Source: Actinomycetes bacterium
Lineage (GTDB): Bacteria; Actinomycetota; Acidimicrobiia; Acidimicrobiales; RAAP-2
Direction of reading: 5' to 3'
NCBI GenBank assembly: GCA_021793395.1
Contig: JAJYSU010000006.1
Span: forward strand, 1,534 to 65,533
Length of the DNA stretch: 64,000 bases
Positions 9,620 to 20,586 of the stretch are shown here, in pieces (the first letter of the stretch is position 1; each line of letters starts with the position of its first letter). The notes beneath the pieces are model-generated. The model made no database searches and was not told the origin of the DNA. It saw only the letters and a program-made list of their open reading frames with translations. The position numbers and the translations under genes were made by a program.

Positions 9620-9647
9620 TTATAGACCATGATCTTCGGGAGAGTCC

Positions 9648-10586
9648 GTGCACCTTGACGTCGCCCTGATTGTCGCCGGTGCCGTCGTCGGCGCTCTGAT
9701 CGGAATGACGGGCGTCGGGGGCGGAGCCCTCATGACCCCCCTGCTCGTCCTAGTCTTCGGCGTGAACCCGGCCAGCGCCATCACCGCGGACCTGGTGGCC
9801 ACGGTGATCATGCGACCCTGGGGAGTGGTGCTGCACTGGCGGCGCCACGGCATCGAACACGGTCTGGTGACCTGGTTGAGCGCGGGATCCGTTCCCGGCG
9901 CCCTCGTGGGCACCTACCTCCTGCACCGGCTCAGCACGTCCGCGGCGACGCGCCAGAACCTCCGCGAGGTACTCGGCGCCGCGCTGGTACTCGGGGCACT
10001 GGCCATGGCCGCGCGCCTCCTGCGCCCCCACCGGAGCGGCGACGCGCGCGACGTGCCGGTGCGACGGGCCGCCACGGCGCTGGTCGGACTCGCCGCCGGG
10101 GTGATGGTGGGGCTCACCTCCGTGGGCGCGGGCTCGCTGGTGGCCGTAGCCCTCGTCGTGCTCTACCCGCGACTGCGCGCCGATCGCCTCGTGGCGACGG
10201 ACCTGGCGCAGTCTCTGCCTCTCACCATTGCCGCGGGGCTCGGCGCCATCACGTTCGGACACCTGGACGCCTCGCTCACCGCGGCCCTGGTCGTGGGCGG
10301 CGTTCCCGGTGTGGCGTTCGGCTCGTGGGCCAGTGCGCGCGTGCGCGGCAGTCTCCTGCGCGGTGCCGTCACCGTGCTGGTCGGGGCGGCCGGAGTCGTC
10401 TACCTCCACCCGCGCGGCCCCGCGCTGGTGCTCGGTGCGCTCACCGTCACCGTGGCGCTGGCTCTCGCGCTCGGCGCGAGCGTACGAGGCGCTCAGTACC
10501 CGAAGCGGTCGAGGGCGTCGTCACGGCGCTGCCAGCTCGGTTCCACGGCGACGCGTAACTCCAGGAAGATACCCTCGGGCAGCTGA
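9648..10586 (+). CDS. TauE/SafE (TSUP) sulfite-exporter family membrane protein
   Basis: GMTGVGGGALMTP and GLTSVGAGSL repeats, LVATDLAQSLPL; SD GGAGAG; 3' end runs into era. Confidence 0.85.
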   Translation: MHLDVALIVAGAVVGALIGMTGVGGGALMTPLLVLVFGVNPASAITADLVATVIMRPWGVVLHWRRHGIEHGLVTWLSAGSVPGALVGTYLLHRLSTSAATRQNLREVLGAALVLGALAMAARLLRPHRSGDARDVPVRRAATALVGLAAGVMVGLTSVGAGSLVAVALVVLYPRLRADRLVATDLAQSLPLTIAAGLGAITFGHLDASLTAALVVGGVPGVAFGSWASARVRGSLLRGAVTVLVGAAGVVYLHPRGPALVLGALTVTVALALALGASVRGAQYPKRSRASSRRCQLGSTATRNSRKIPSGS

Positions 10587-11398
10587 CGACGCGCGGCGCT
10601 ACCCACGTCCTTCAGCAGCTGGCCACCCTTACCAATAACCATCCCCTTCTGGCTCTCACGCTCCACGAGGATGTCAACGGTCACCCGGGGCCACTCGATA
10701 TCGCTCACGCGACAGTGGATGGAGTGAGGGAGTTCCTGACTGGTCTTGCGTACCAACTGCTCGCGCACGAGTTCGGCGATCCACAGGGCCTCGGGCACGT
10801 CGGACACGTCATCGGCGGCGAAGAGGAAGGGCGACTCGGGCATCGCCGCGCGCAGATAGTCGAGCAACTGCTCCACCCCCGTGCCGCGGGCCGCGGAGAT
10901 GGCGAAGTACTCGAGACGCTCGCCCGCCTCGTCGAGACCCCGCTCCGACGCGATCGCGCGCACCTCCTGCGAGGCGATCATCAGTTGGCGCGCCACCGCG
11001 TCTCGGCCCACTCGATCAACCTTGTTGACCACTACCGCACCGCGGAGCGACGTCGAACGATTCAGCGCTTCCAGAGCCGATACCATCACCGATCGGTCCC
11101 CCGGTCCAATGGCGCCACCCGCGTCGATCAGCGCGAGTACGACATCCACACCGTCGACGGCGGCGCGCGCCACGTCGTTGAGCCTCCCCCCCAGCGCCGT
11201 ACGGGGTCGGTGCAGTCCGGGCGTGTCGACCAGGATCACCTGCACGTCCCCCTCACTCACGACCCCGCGCACCGCGTGGCGCGTGGTGTTGGGCGAGCGC
11301 GCGGTGATGGTCACCTTCGTACCCACCATCGCGTTGACCAGCGTCGACTTGCCCACGTTGGGTCGTCCGATCAGGGTCACGAATCCGGCCCTCGTCAC
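10493..11398 (-). CDS. era: GTPase Era
   Basis: GRPNVGKST, TTR, DTPG, NKVD, VERESQKGMVIGKGG. Confidence 0.96.
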   Translation of the reverse strand: MTRAGFVTLIGRPNVGKSTLVNAMVGTKVTITARSPNTTRHAVRGVVSEGDVQVILVDTPGLHRPRTALGGRLNDVARAAVDGVDVVLALIDAGGAIGPGDRSVMVSALEALNRSTSLRGAVVVNKVDRVGRDAVARQLMIASQEVRAIASERGLDEAGERLEYFAISAARGTGVEQLLDYLRAAMPESPFLFAADDVSDVPEALWIAELVREQLVRKTSQELPHSIHCRVSDIEWPRVTVDILVERESQKGMVIGKGGQLLKDVGSAARRQLPEGIFLELRVAVEPSWQRRDDALDRFGY

Positions 11399-12678
11399 GG
11401 CTGGCCCCCGATCGGCTCCACGACCACTTCCTCAATGCGTCGGCCCTCCATTCGTGTCACCGTCAGTCGATAGCCCGGCACGTCGAAGGCGTCTCCCTCC
11501 GACGGTACGCCGCCCGCCAAATCCATCATCAACCCCCCCACGGTGTCCCACCCGTCCTTGGGCAGCGCCAGACCGTAGTCGACGTTGGCGTCATCGATGT
11601 TGAGACGTCCCTTGACCACCAGGGCGGTCCCGGCGTGGCGGGCCTCGGGTTCCAGAGCTTCGCGCGGATCAGACTCATCGGCGATCTCACCGACGAGTTC
11701 CTCGAGCACGTCCTCGAGGGTGACCAGTCCCACGGTCCCGCCGTACTCGTCGACCACCACGAACAGGTGACTCTGCGCGCGGCGAATCTCGCCCAACAGA
11801 GTCGCCACCCGCTTCGTTTCGGGAACAAAGTGCACGGGGGTCACGTGCGCGCCGACCGGGTCGTCACCGTCACCCGACATCACCAGTGCCGCGAGCGAGC
11901 GCAGGTGCACGATGCCGAGAACGTCGTCCACCCCCTCACCGAGCACCGGAAGTCGAGATCGACCCGAGGAGATCGCCAGCTCCAAGGCGTCGCGAACCCG
12001 AAGGGTGGTGTGCACGTCGACCATGTCCGGACGAGGCACCATGATCTCGCGCACGATGGTGTCGCCGAACTCGATCACCGAGTGGATGAAGTTACGCTCC
12101 TCCGACGCGATGGCCGCGTCCTCGTGCGCCACGTCGGCCATCGCCAGAACCTCGGACTCCGTCATGCGCGGTCGCTCGCCGCCCCCCGCGACGAGACGGA
12201 TGACGGCCTGGGCCACCGCGAGCAGCACGCCGGAGATCCACCGCACCGGCCACCAGCGCAGTAGCGAGCGCACCACCGGCGCGGTCACCAGCGCCGCAGT
12301 GTCGGGGTGGGCCACCGCGAAGTTCTTCGGAATCGCCTCGAAGACGACGAAGATCACGACAACCTCGACGACCGTCGCGATGAGGACGCCCGCGGCGCCG
12401 AACAGGTGCCCCGCGATCACCCCGACCATGGTCGCCGACACCAACTGAGCGACCAGGGTGAGTAGCAGCAGCGGATTGAGAAACTCCTCGGGGCTCTCGG
12501 CCAGTTGCTCGAGTGCGTCGGCGCCGCGACGGTGGGCCTCGCGCAACGACCGCGCTCGCGAGCGCGTCGTGCGCGTCAGGGAGGTCTCCGCCAGCGCGAA
12601 GAACCCCGACAACGCGAGCAACACCACCACACTGATCGTCAGGTAGGTGTCACCGGCCGACCACGCGACCGCGATCAC
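11395..12678 (-). CDS. Hemolysin-family / CNNM-CBS-CorC protein
   Basis: SGFFALAETSL, EAIPKNFA, IVREIMVPR, VVVDEYGGTVGLVTLEDVLEELVGEI; GTG overlaps the ybeY stop. Confidence 0.9.
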   Translation of the reverse strand: MIAVAWSAGDTYLTISVVVLLALSGFFALAETSLTRTTRSRARSLREAHRRGADALEQLAESPEEFLNPLLLLTLVAQLVSATMVGVIAGHLFGAAGVLIATVVEVVVIFVVFEAIPKNFAVAHPDTAALVTAPVVRSLLRWWPVRWISGVLLAVAQAVIRLVAGGGERPRMTESEVLAMADVAHEDAAIASEERNFIHSVIEFGDTIVREIMVPRPDMVDVHTTLRVRDALELAISSGRSRLPVLGEGVDDVLGIVHLRSLAALVMSGDGDDPVGAHVTPVHFVPETKRVATLLGEIRRAQSHLFVVVDEYGGTVGLVTLEDVLEELVGEIADESDPREALEPEARHAGTALVVKGRLNIDDANVDYGLALPKDGWDTVGGLMMDLAGGVPSEGDAFDVPGYRLTVTRMEGRRIEEVVVEPIGGQP

Positions 12679-13181
12679 GCGCCGTTCCGGTGGTGGCGAG
12701 CCAGCAACTCGCGCTCCCGGGCCTCCATGCGCTCGGCTTCCTCGTCCTCCTCGTGGTCCCACCCGAGCAGGTGCAGGATGCCGTGAACCACGAGCAACGC
12801 GATCTCGTCGTCGAGGGAACACTCGTGGTCGAGGGCGTTGCGCGCGGCCACGCCCGGGCAGATCACGATGTCACCAATGAGTTGGGGAATCTCGGGCGGG
12901 GAGGGCTCCACCGGACCCGTGCCGCCGGCGTCGGGAACCCGGCCGGTGGGCTCGTCGTCGGCGTCGATAGGAAAGCTCAGCACGTCAGTCGGTTCCGCGC
13001 GGCCCATGAACTGCTGGTTGAGCGCGGACATCGACGCGTCGTCGACGAACAGCAGCGACACCTCCGCGGGACCGCGCACGCCCTCCTCGGCCAGCACCGC
13101 TCGGGCCAGTGCGACCCAGCGATCGAGGTCCACCGCGTACTCGTGCTGCTCGTCCGCCGCGTAGATGTCGACCTTACTCAC
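12675..13181 (-). CDS. ybeY: rRNA maturation RNase YbeY
   Basis: PTDVLSFP, IGDIVIC, HGILHLLGWDH metal motif. Confidence 0.95.
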   Translation of the reverse strand: MSKVDIYAADEQHEYAVDLDRWVALARAVLAEEGVRGPAEVSLLFVDDASMSALNQQFMGRAEPTDVLSFPIDADDEPTGRVPDAGGTGPVEPSPPEIPQLIGDIVICPGVAARNALDHECSLDDEIALLVVHGILHLLGWDHEEDEEAERMEARERELLARHHRNGA

Positions 13182-14143
13182 GACTGCGCCCTCTCGTAGG
13201 CGTCCACGATATCCGCGACGATACGGTGGCGCACCACGTCGCGCCGTCCCAAGTGCACGAACGTGACTCCCTCCACCGCTCCGAGCAGTTCCTCGAGTTC
13301 GGCGAGGCCGCTGCGTCGGCCGTTGAGGTCGACCTGGGTCACGTCGCCCGTCACGACCACCTTGGAGTTGAAACCGATGCGGGTGAGGAACATCTTCATC
13401 TGCTCGGGCGTCGTGTTCTGCGCCTCGTCGAGGATGATGAACGAGTCGTTAAGGGTCCGACCACGCATAAAGGCCAACGGCGCCACCTCAATGGTGCCGT
13501 TCGTGATGAGTCGCTGGGCCCCCTCGGGGCCGACCATGTCGTAGAGCGCGTCGTAGAGGGGCCGCAGATACGGATCGACCTTGGCCATCAGGTCACCGGG
13601 CAGAAAGCCGAGGTGCTCACCGGCCTCCACCGCGGGACGCGTGAGCACGACGCGTTGAACCTCACGACGCTGGAGGGCGGCCACGGCGGCCGCCACCGCC
13701 AGGTAACTCTTGCCGGTGCCCGCCGGGCCGATCCCGAAGGTAATGGTGGAGGACTCGATCGCGTCGGCGTAGCGCTTCTGCCCGGCGGTGGAGGGTCGGA
13801 TCGACCGTCCGCGCACGGCGCGCGCCACCTCGTGAACGAGAACCTCGCTCGGGCGAAGGTCGTCGTTGACCATATCGATCGTGCGGGTCACCTTGAGCGC
13901 GTCGAGCACTTGGCCGCTCTGTAGCACCAAGACCAGTTCGTCGAAGAGACGCAGCACGGCGGCCGCGTCGGGACCCTGAACCGAAATTCGGTTGCCCTGA
14001 ACCACGACACGCGAATCCGGGAACGCCCTCTCCACCACGCGCAGATGCTCGTCGCGCGGACCCAACAGCGCGCTCATCAGGTGCGTGTCGCTCACGTAGG
14101 TCGTCGCCGTCAGGGCGTCGTCCATCGAGGCGTCGAAACTCAT
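13178..14143 (-). CDS. phoH: PhoH-family ATPase
   Basis: GPAGTGKSYLA, LTRPAVEAGE, PLAFMRGRT, ILDEAQN; ATG overlaps the HIT stop. Confidence 0.94.
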   Translation of the reverse strand: MSFDASMDDALTATTYVSDTHLMSALLGPRDEHLRVVERAFPDSRVVVQGNRISVQGPDAAAVLRLFDELVLVLQSGQVLDALKVTRTIDMVNDDLRPSEVLVHEVARAVRGRSIRPSTAGQKRYADAIESSTITFGIGPAGTGKSYLAVAAAVAALQRREVQRVVLTRPAVEAGEHLGFLPGDLMAKVDPYLRPLYDALYDMVGPEGAQRLITNGTIEVAPLAFMRGRTLNDSFIILDEAQNTTPEQMKMFLTRIGFNSKVVVTGDVTQVDLNGRRSGLAELEELLGAVEGVTFVHLGRRDVVRHRIVADIVDAYERAQS

Positions 14144-14484
14144 CCGGGGGGCCACGCCAATCGACGCCCTCCGAGCACGTGCACGTGCAGGTGGGCTACG
14201 GTCATCTGCGCGTCGGCGCCGACGTTGATCACCAAGCGATAGCCGCTCTCGCGAATCCCCTCGATCTCGGTGACGCGTTGAGCCAGGAGCACCAAGTCGT
14301 CGACGACGCCACCGTGGGCGATCGCGACCTCGTCCGCGCTGGTGATGTGACGCTTAGGGATCACCAGCACGTGCACCGGCGCCTGGGGGGCGATGTCGTA
14401 GAACGCGTACGCGGTCTCACTCTCGGCCACCGGCGTCGAGGGGACCGCGCCGGCGACGATCTGGCAGAACAGGCAATCAGTCAT
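14140..14484 (-). CDS. Histidine triad (HIT) nucleotide-binding protein
   Basis: DCLFCQIV, AFYDIAPQAPVHVLVIP, HLHVHVL. Confidence 0.93.
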   Translation of the reverse strand: MTDCLFCQIVAGAVPSTPVAESETAYAFYDIAPQAPVHVLVIPKRHITSADEVAIAHGGVVDDLVLLAQRVTEIEGIRESGYRLVINVGADAQMTVAHLHVHVLGGRRLAWPPG

Positions 14485-15212
14485 GTCGTACCGTCATCTT
14501 TACCCATTCGAGGCGGACGCAACGAAAATCCCCACCCGCCCGCGGCGAACGCCACCAGGGCGGCCGCGACCACGGCGGCGGTGTCGGCGCGCAACACCGT
14601 CGGCCCGAGCGACAGTCGGCGACGCTCGGGACTCCACTCCTGGGGATCCCAGCCGCCCTCCGGCCCGACGGCCACGCGCGCGCACCCGCTCCAGTCGGTC
14701 TCGCCGCCGAAGTCCGCGACCGCCACGTCGTGCGGTACGTGCGCCACCTCTACCGGGTCGTCCACCACCGGGAAGTACGTGCGCCGACACTGGCCGCACG
14801 CCTCGCGGGCGAGTCGTCGCCATCGGGCCAGCACCTTGTCGCGCGCCTCACCACGCCAGCGCACGACCACGCGTTCGCTCAGCAACGGCACGATGGTGCC
14901 GACGCCGAGTTCGGTGGCCTGAACCACGCTGCGCTCGGCACGGTCCCCCTTCAGTGGGGCCAAGTAGAGCGCCGTCGGCGGTGGCGGCGGATCGACGACG
15001 ACCTCGCTCACCCGCTCCAACCCGCTCGCCGTGACCTCGCAGAACGACCACGCGCCGCGCCCGTCGGTCACGACAACCTCCTCACCGTCGCGCGCGCGTA
15101 ACACGGCGCGCAGGTGGTGGTGCGCGTCACGCGACAGCACCGGACTCGCCGGATCCTCGACCGCCAGCTGCGTGAGGGCCCCCACGCGTCGGGGCCACGA
15201 CGCGAGCGTCAC
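14481..15212 (-). CDS. rsmE: 16S rRNA (uracil-1498-N3)-methyltransferase RsmE
   Basis: HHLRAVLR, ATELGV, VGPEGGW, LGPTVLRADTA; GTG overlaps the dnaJ stop. Confidence 0.9.
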   Translation of the reverse strand: MTLASWPRRVGALTQLAVEDPASPVLSRDAHHHLRAVLRARDGEEVVVTDGRGAWSFCEVTASGLERVSEVVVDPPPPPTALYLAPLKGDRAERSVVQATELGVGTIVPLLSERVVVRWRGEARDKVLARWRRLAREACGQCRRTYFPVVDDPVEVAHVPHDVAVADFGGETDWSGCARVAVGPEGGWDPQEWSPERRRLSLGPTVLRADTAAVVAAALVAFAAGGWGFSLRPPRMGKDDGTT

Positions 15213-16312
15213 CGCTTCGCTCCCCGGTGCCGGGCGAAACGTCCGGGCAAGGGGCGCACCTCCTCGCCGCGGTGCTGGGCCAACTGGCGTAACAGGTCGC
15301 TCGAGGTCTCGTCCAACTCCGTGGGCACGTCGACCACCAGGTGCACGTACAGGTCGCCACGACCTCGACCGTGGAGGTGCTCGACACCCTCGTGGCGCAC
15401 GCGGTGTACCGTGCCGTTCGCACTGCCCGGCGCGACGTCGATCGTGACGCTGGCGCGTAGCGTCGGCACCTCGATGGTCGCGCCCAGCGCCGCCTGCGTG
15501 AACGCCAGGTGCGCCTCGTGATGCAGGTCGTCGCCCACCCGCTCGAAGCGGTCGTCGGGCTGGACCACCAGGTGCACGAAGAGTCGGCCGTTGGGGCCCC
15601 CGCGCAGTCCGGCCGGGCCCCGCTCGGCGAGGCGCAGTGTGGATCCATCCTCCACTCCGGCGGGAACGTGAACACTGAACGTCGTCGCGACGTTGCGTCG
15701 GCCCTCCCCACGACAGTCGGCGCACGGAGTCTCGATGATCGTGCCCACGCCGGCACAGCGCGGGCAGACCGTGGCGGTGACCATCTGGCCCAGGATCGAA
15801 TTACGCACGCGACGCACCTCGCCCGCCCCCCCGCACTCGGGGCAGGTCGTCGGCGACGTCCCCGCCGCACACCCGCTCCCCCCGCACGTGTCGCAGCGCT
15901 GCGCCATCGTCAGCGTCATCTCATGCGTCGCGCCGAAGGCGGCGTCGTCGAGGGTGATCTGCAGGGCAACCTCGGCGTCGGGTCCCGGTTGCGGACCGCG
16001 CCGCGTCCCGGGGCGTCCCCCCATCCCGCCGAAGAACATGTCGAAAATGTCCTGCACGGAGCCAGCGTCGAAGGGGCCTCCGGGCCCCGTATCGGATCCG
16101 AAGCGGTCGTAGTTGGCGCGCCGTTCGGGGTCCGACAGGATCTCGTAGGCCTGGGACACCTCCTTGAAACGGGCTTCCGCGGCGGGATCGTCCGGGTTCG
16201 CGTCGGGGTGGTACGCACGGGCCAGGCGTCGATACGCCCTCTTCAACTCGTCGGGCGACGCGTCGCGGCCCACCTCGAGCACCGCGTACAGATCGGGGCT
16301 AGTCACGCTCAT
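15209..16312 (-). CDS. dnaJ: Chaperone DnaJ
   Basis: J-domain HPD motif; four CxxCxGxG repeats. Confidence 0.96.
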   Translation of the reverse strand: MSVTSPDLYAVLEVGRDASPDELKRAYRRLARAYHPDANPDDPAAEARFKEVSQAYEILSDPERRANYDRFGSDTGPGGPFDAGSVQDIFDMFFGGMGGRPGTRRGPQPGPDAEVALQITLDDAAFGATHEMTLTMAQRCDTCGGSGCAAGTSPTTCPECGGAGEVRRVRNSILGQMVTATVCPRCAGVGTIIETPCADCRGEGRRNVATTFSVHVPAGVEDGSTLRLAERGPAGLRGGPNGRLFVHLVVQPDDRFERVGDDLHHEAHLAFTQAALGATIEVPTLRASVTIDVAPGSANGTVHRVRHEGVEHLHGRGRGDLYVHLVVDVPTELDETSSDLLRQLAQHRGEEVRPLPGRFARHRGAKR

Positions 16313-17342
16313 CCTCACCCGAGAGATGCCGTGTGAGGTGCTCGGACACCACTCGCGCGGCGGCCATCGCCTCGCGATATTTCATACGCGTCGGCCCGAG
16401 AAGTCCCACGGCCCCCGCCGGCTCGCCGTCAACACTAATGGGTGCTACGACCACGGCGCACGAAGCCAGCGGCTCGTAGCCGTTCTCCGATCCGATCGCG
16501 ACCGACAACCCCTGATCGAGAATGTCCTCGACCAGTGTCACGACGAGTAGTTGCTGCTCGAGAATCGCCAGGACCTTGCGGACCGTCTCCACGCCGTCGA
16601 ACGACTCGGCGACTTTGGACGATCCTCCGATGAAGACCTGCTCGCCGTCGAAGGTGGGCGCCTCGGCGTGCAACTCGGCGACCGCCTCGCGCACGAGTGT
16701 CGCCACGTGGTCGTGACGCGACGGCACCTGAACCCGAGTATCCAGCGACGTGCCAATAAGCAGTGCGTTCAACTGGCGCGACGCCTCGGCGACGTCCACG
16801 TGCGTCGCGGCGAAATCGCTACGCACGTTGTGCTTCAAGACGGTCCCGTCGGAGAACACGCTGACCAGTAGATGGTGACGCGCGTCGAGGTTCACCAGTT
16901 GCACGTTGAGGACGGTCGCGTGGGTGTGACCGCCGCCGACTACTACCGACGTGTAGCTCGTCAGGCGCGTCAGCAGGTTCGACGTCTGTTCCAGGACCTC
17001 CTGGACCTCACCGCGCACGTTGGTGAAGAACTCGCGAATCTGTTGCTGCTGACCGGGGCCGATGGAGCCGGATCGTAGGTGGTCGACGAAGTAGCGGTAG
17101 CCCTTGTCGGTGGGCACGCGCCCGGCGGAGGTGTGCGGTTGAGCGAGATAGCCCTCGCGCTCGAGGGTGACCATCTCGGAGCGCACCGTCGCGGGTGACA
17201 CGTCCAAGCCCGTGACCGCGGCCACGGACGACGAACCGACCGGCTGGGCGGTATCGATGTACTCGGCGACGACCGCTTCAAGAATCGTGGCCTTGCGATG
17301 GTCAAGCTCCTCCCGTGACGGGGTCACGCTGTGACGGACCAT
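16299..17342 (-). CDS. hrcA: Heat-inducible transcription repressor HrcA
   Basis: YIDTAQPVGS, QPHTSAGRVPTDKGYRYFVD, GPTRMKY; SD GAGGAGG before the ATG at 17342. Confidence 0.95.
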   Translation of the reverse strand: MVRHSVTPSREELDHRKATILEAVVAEYIDTAQPVGSSSVAAVTGLDVSPATVRSEMVTLEREGYLAQPHTSAGRVPTDKGYRYFVDHLRSGSIGPGQQQQIREFFTNVRGEVQEVLEQTSNLLTRLTSYTSVVVGGGHTHATVLNVQLVNLDARHHLLVSVFSDGTVLKHNVRSDFAATHVDVAEASRQLNALLIGTSLDTRVQVPSRHDHVATLVREAVAELHAEAPTFDGEQVFIGGSSKVAESFDGVETVRKVLAILEQQLLVVTLVEDILDQGLSVAIGSENGYEPLASCAVVVAPISVDGEPAGAVGLLGPTRMKYREAMAAARVVSEHLTRHLSGEDERD

Positions 17343-17354
17343 GATGCCTCCTCG

Positions 17355-17381
17355 TTGGCACTCGATTCTACCGAGTGCCAA
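17355..17381. promoter_or_regulatory. CIRCE operator (HrcA site)
   Basis: TTGGCACTC-N9-GAGTGCCAA, a perfect inverted repeat matching the CIRCE consensus TTAGCACTC-N9-GAGTGCTAA except one position per arm; immediately upstream of hrcA. Confidence 0.92.
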
Positions 17382-17403
17382 CTCGGTGCGCGACGCCGGA
17401 TCC

Positions 17404-19209
<1,806 letters not shown>

Positions 19210-19311
19210 GGTGTAGTTAGGCTACCGGCCCCCCGCACCGGAGAGGGTACGGCTCCGCCTGCTAATCTTGAACAGCCCGCGCCGACTCGGCGCACGACGA
19301 ACGAGGTAGCC

Positions 19312-19575
19312 GTGGCCAATATCAAGAGCCAGATCAAGCGTAACAAGCAGAGCGCGGTCGACCGCGAGCGCAACAAGGCCGTCAAGTCCGAGATTCGCAC
19401 CCGCACGAAGACCGCAGTGACCGCGGTGGGCGGCGAGAACGAGGAGATGGCCCTGCGCACGGCCATCAAGCGCATCGACAAGGCGGCGGCCAAGGGGATC
19501 ATCCACAAGAATCAAGCCGCCAACAAGAAGAGCGGCCTCATGCGCCGCGTGAACGCCCTGCGCACCGAGGCGTAA
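19312..19575 (+). CDS. rpsT: 30S ribosomal protein S20
   Basis: ANIKSQIKRNKQ...IIHKNQAANKKS; SD GAGG, upstream TGcTAATCT. Confidence 0.96.
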   Translation: MANIKSQIKRNKQSAVDRERNKAVKSEIRTRTKTAVTAVGGENEEMALRTAIKRIDKAAAKGIIHKNQAANKKSGLMRRVNALRTEA

Positions 19576-20586
19576 TTACCGGCGCGCCGCGAGCGCCAGG
19601 GTGGCCAGACGCGCGACCAGCACCTCGATCACCGTCAATTCCGTCGGGTCCCGGTCGCCCTCGGCGTCGCGACCGCCGTAGTTCACCGCACCCTTCAGGT
19701 CCAGGTCCGCGCGCGCGATCAGGTGAACCGACGCGCGCAGCCGCTCTCCCCCGAGCCGGTGGGCCTGACGCATCGCCTTGCCCGCCGGGAAGGGTTTCAC
19801 CCCGAGCAGCGCGGCAGCCTCCGCGTCGCTAGTCACGCCGGATCCCTCCACGCGCGCCATACGCAGGTAATGACGTGACAGCGAGCCGATGATCTGCACC
19901 CCTACACGGCTACGCGAGTCGAGCATGCGTCGTGCCACCACCACGGCGTGCGTCACGTTACCGGCGTCGATCGCGTCGGTCAGGTCCCACTCGGGCACGT
20001 CGCCGGCCGCACCGAGGTACGGCTCGATCTGAGCGAAGCCCAACGTGACCGCCCCGTAGATCGACGCCAGGGTCCGCGCCAACGCGTCGATGCGCGCCAC
20101 GTCGTCGCCGATCCGCTCGGTGATCTGCTGGGCGACCGAACGCTCAACTGCGAGGCCGTGACGCGCGAACGTGTCGGTCACGAAGACCACCCGCTCGGCC
20201 GGTCGAGTACCCACCGCGACGTGGCGTACGTCCGCGGCGGCTCCGACCAGGCGGTGGGTGCGCGTACCCACGACACCCAGTATCAGGGTCGCCGTCGTCG
20301 TCGGCGCCTCCAGCCACGCCAGGAGTGGTCGACTCTCGTCGGCGCCGAGAGTCTGGGCGTCGCGCACCACGACCACGCGTCGATCGCTGAACATCGGCGA
20401 CGTCGTCAGGGCGTCCATGATCCGCGAGATGATCGTCCGCTCGTCACCGTCGCCGGATCCCGCCGTCATGTCCTCCAACGCGAACGCCGGGTCGAGACCC
20501 TCCAGCGCCTCGCTCACGACCACCCGTATTTCGTCGTCGACCATCGTGGGGTCGCCACCCACCACCGCGACGCTCGACCCGATCAC
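19576..20586 (-). CDS. holA: DNA polymerase III subunit delta
   Basis: TSPMFSDRRVVVVRDA, PEWDLTDAIDAG, ARADLDLKG; convergent with rpsT as is usual. Confidence 0.85.
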   Translation of the reverse strand: MIGSSVAVVGGDPTMVDDEIRVVVSEALEGLDPAFALEDMTAGSGDGDERTIISRIMDALTTSPMFSDRRVVVVRDAQTLGADESRPLLAWLEAPTTTATLILGVVGTRTHRLVGAAADVRHVAVGTRPAERVVFVTDTFARHGLAVERSVAQQITERIGDDVARIDALARTLASIYGAVTLGFAQIEPYLGAAGDVPEWDLTDAIDAGNVTHAVVVARRMLDSRSRVGVQIIGSLSRHYLRMARVEGSGVTSDAEAAALLGVKPFPAGKAMRQAHRLGGERLRASVHLIARADLDLKGAVNYGGRDAEGDRDPTELTVIEVLVARLATLALAARR

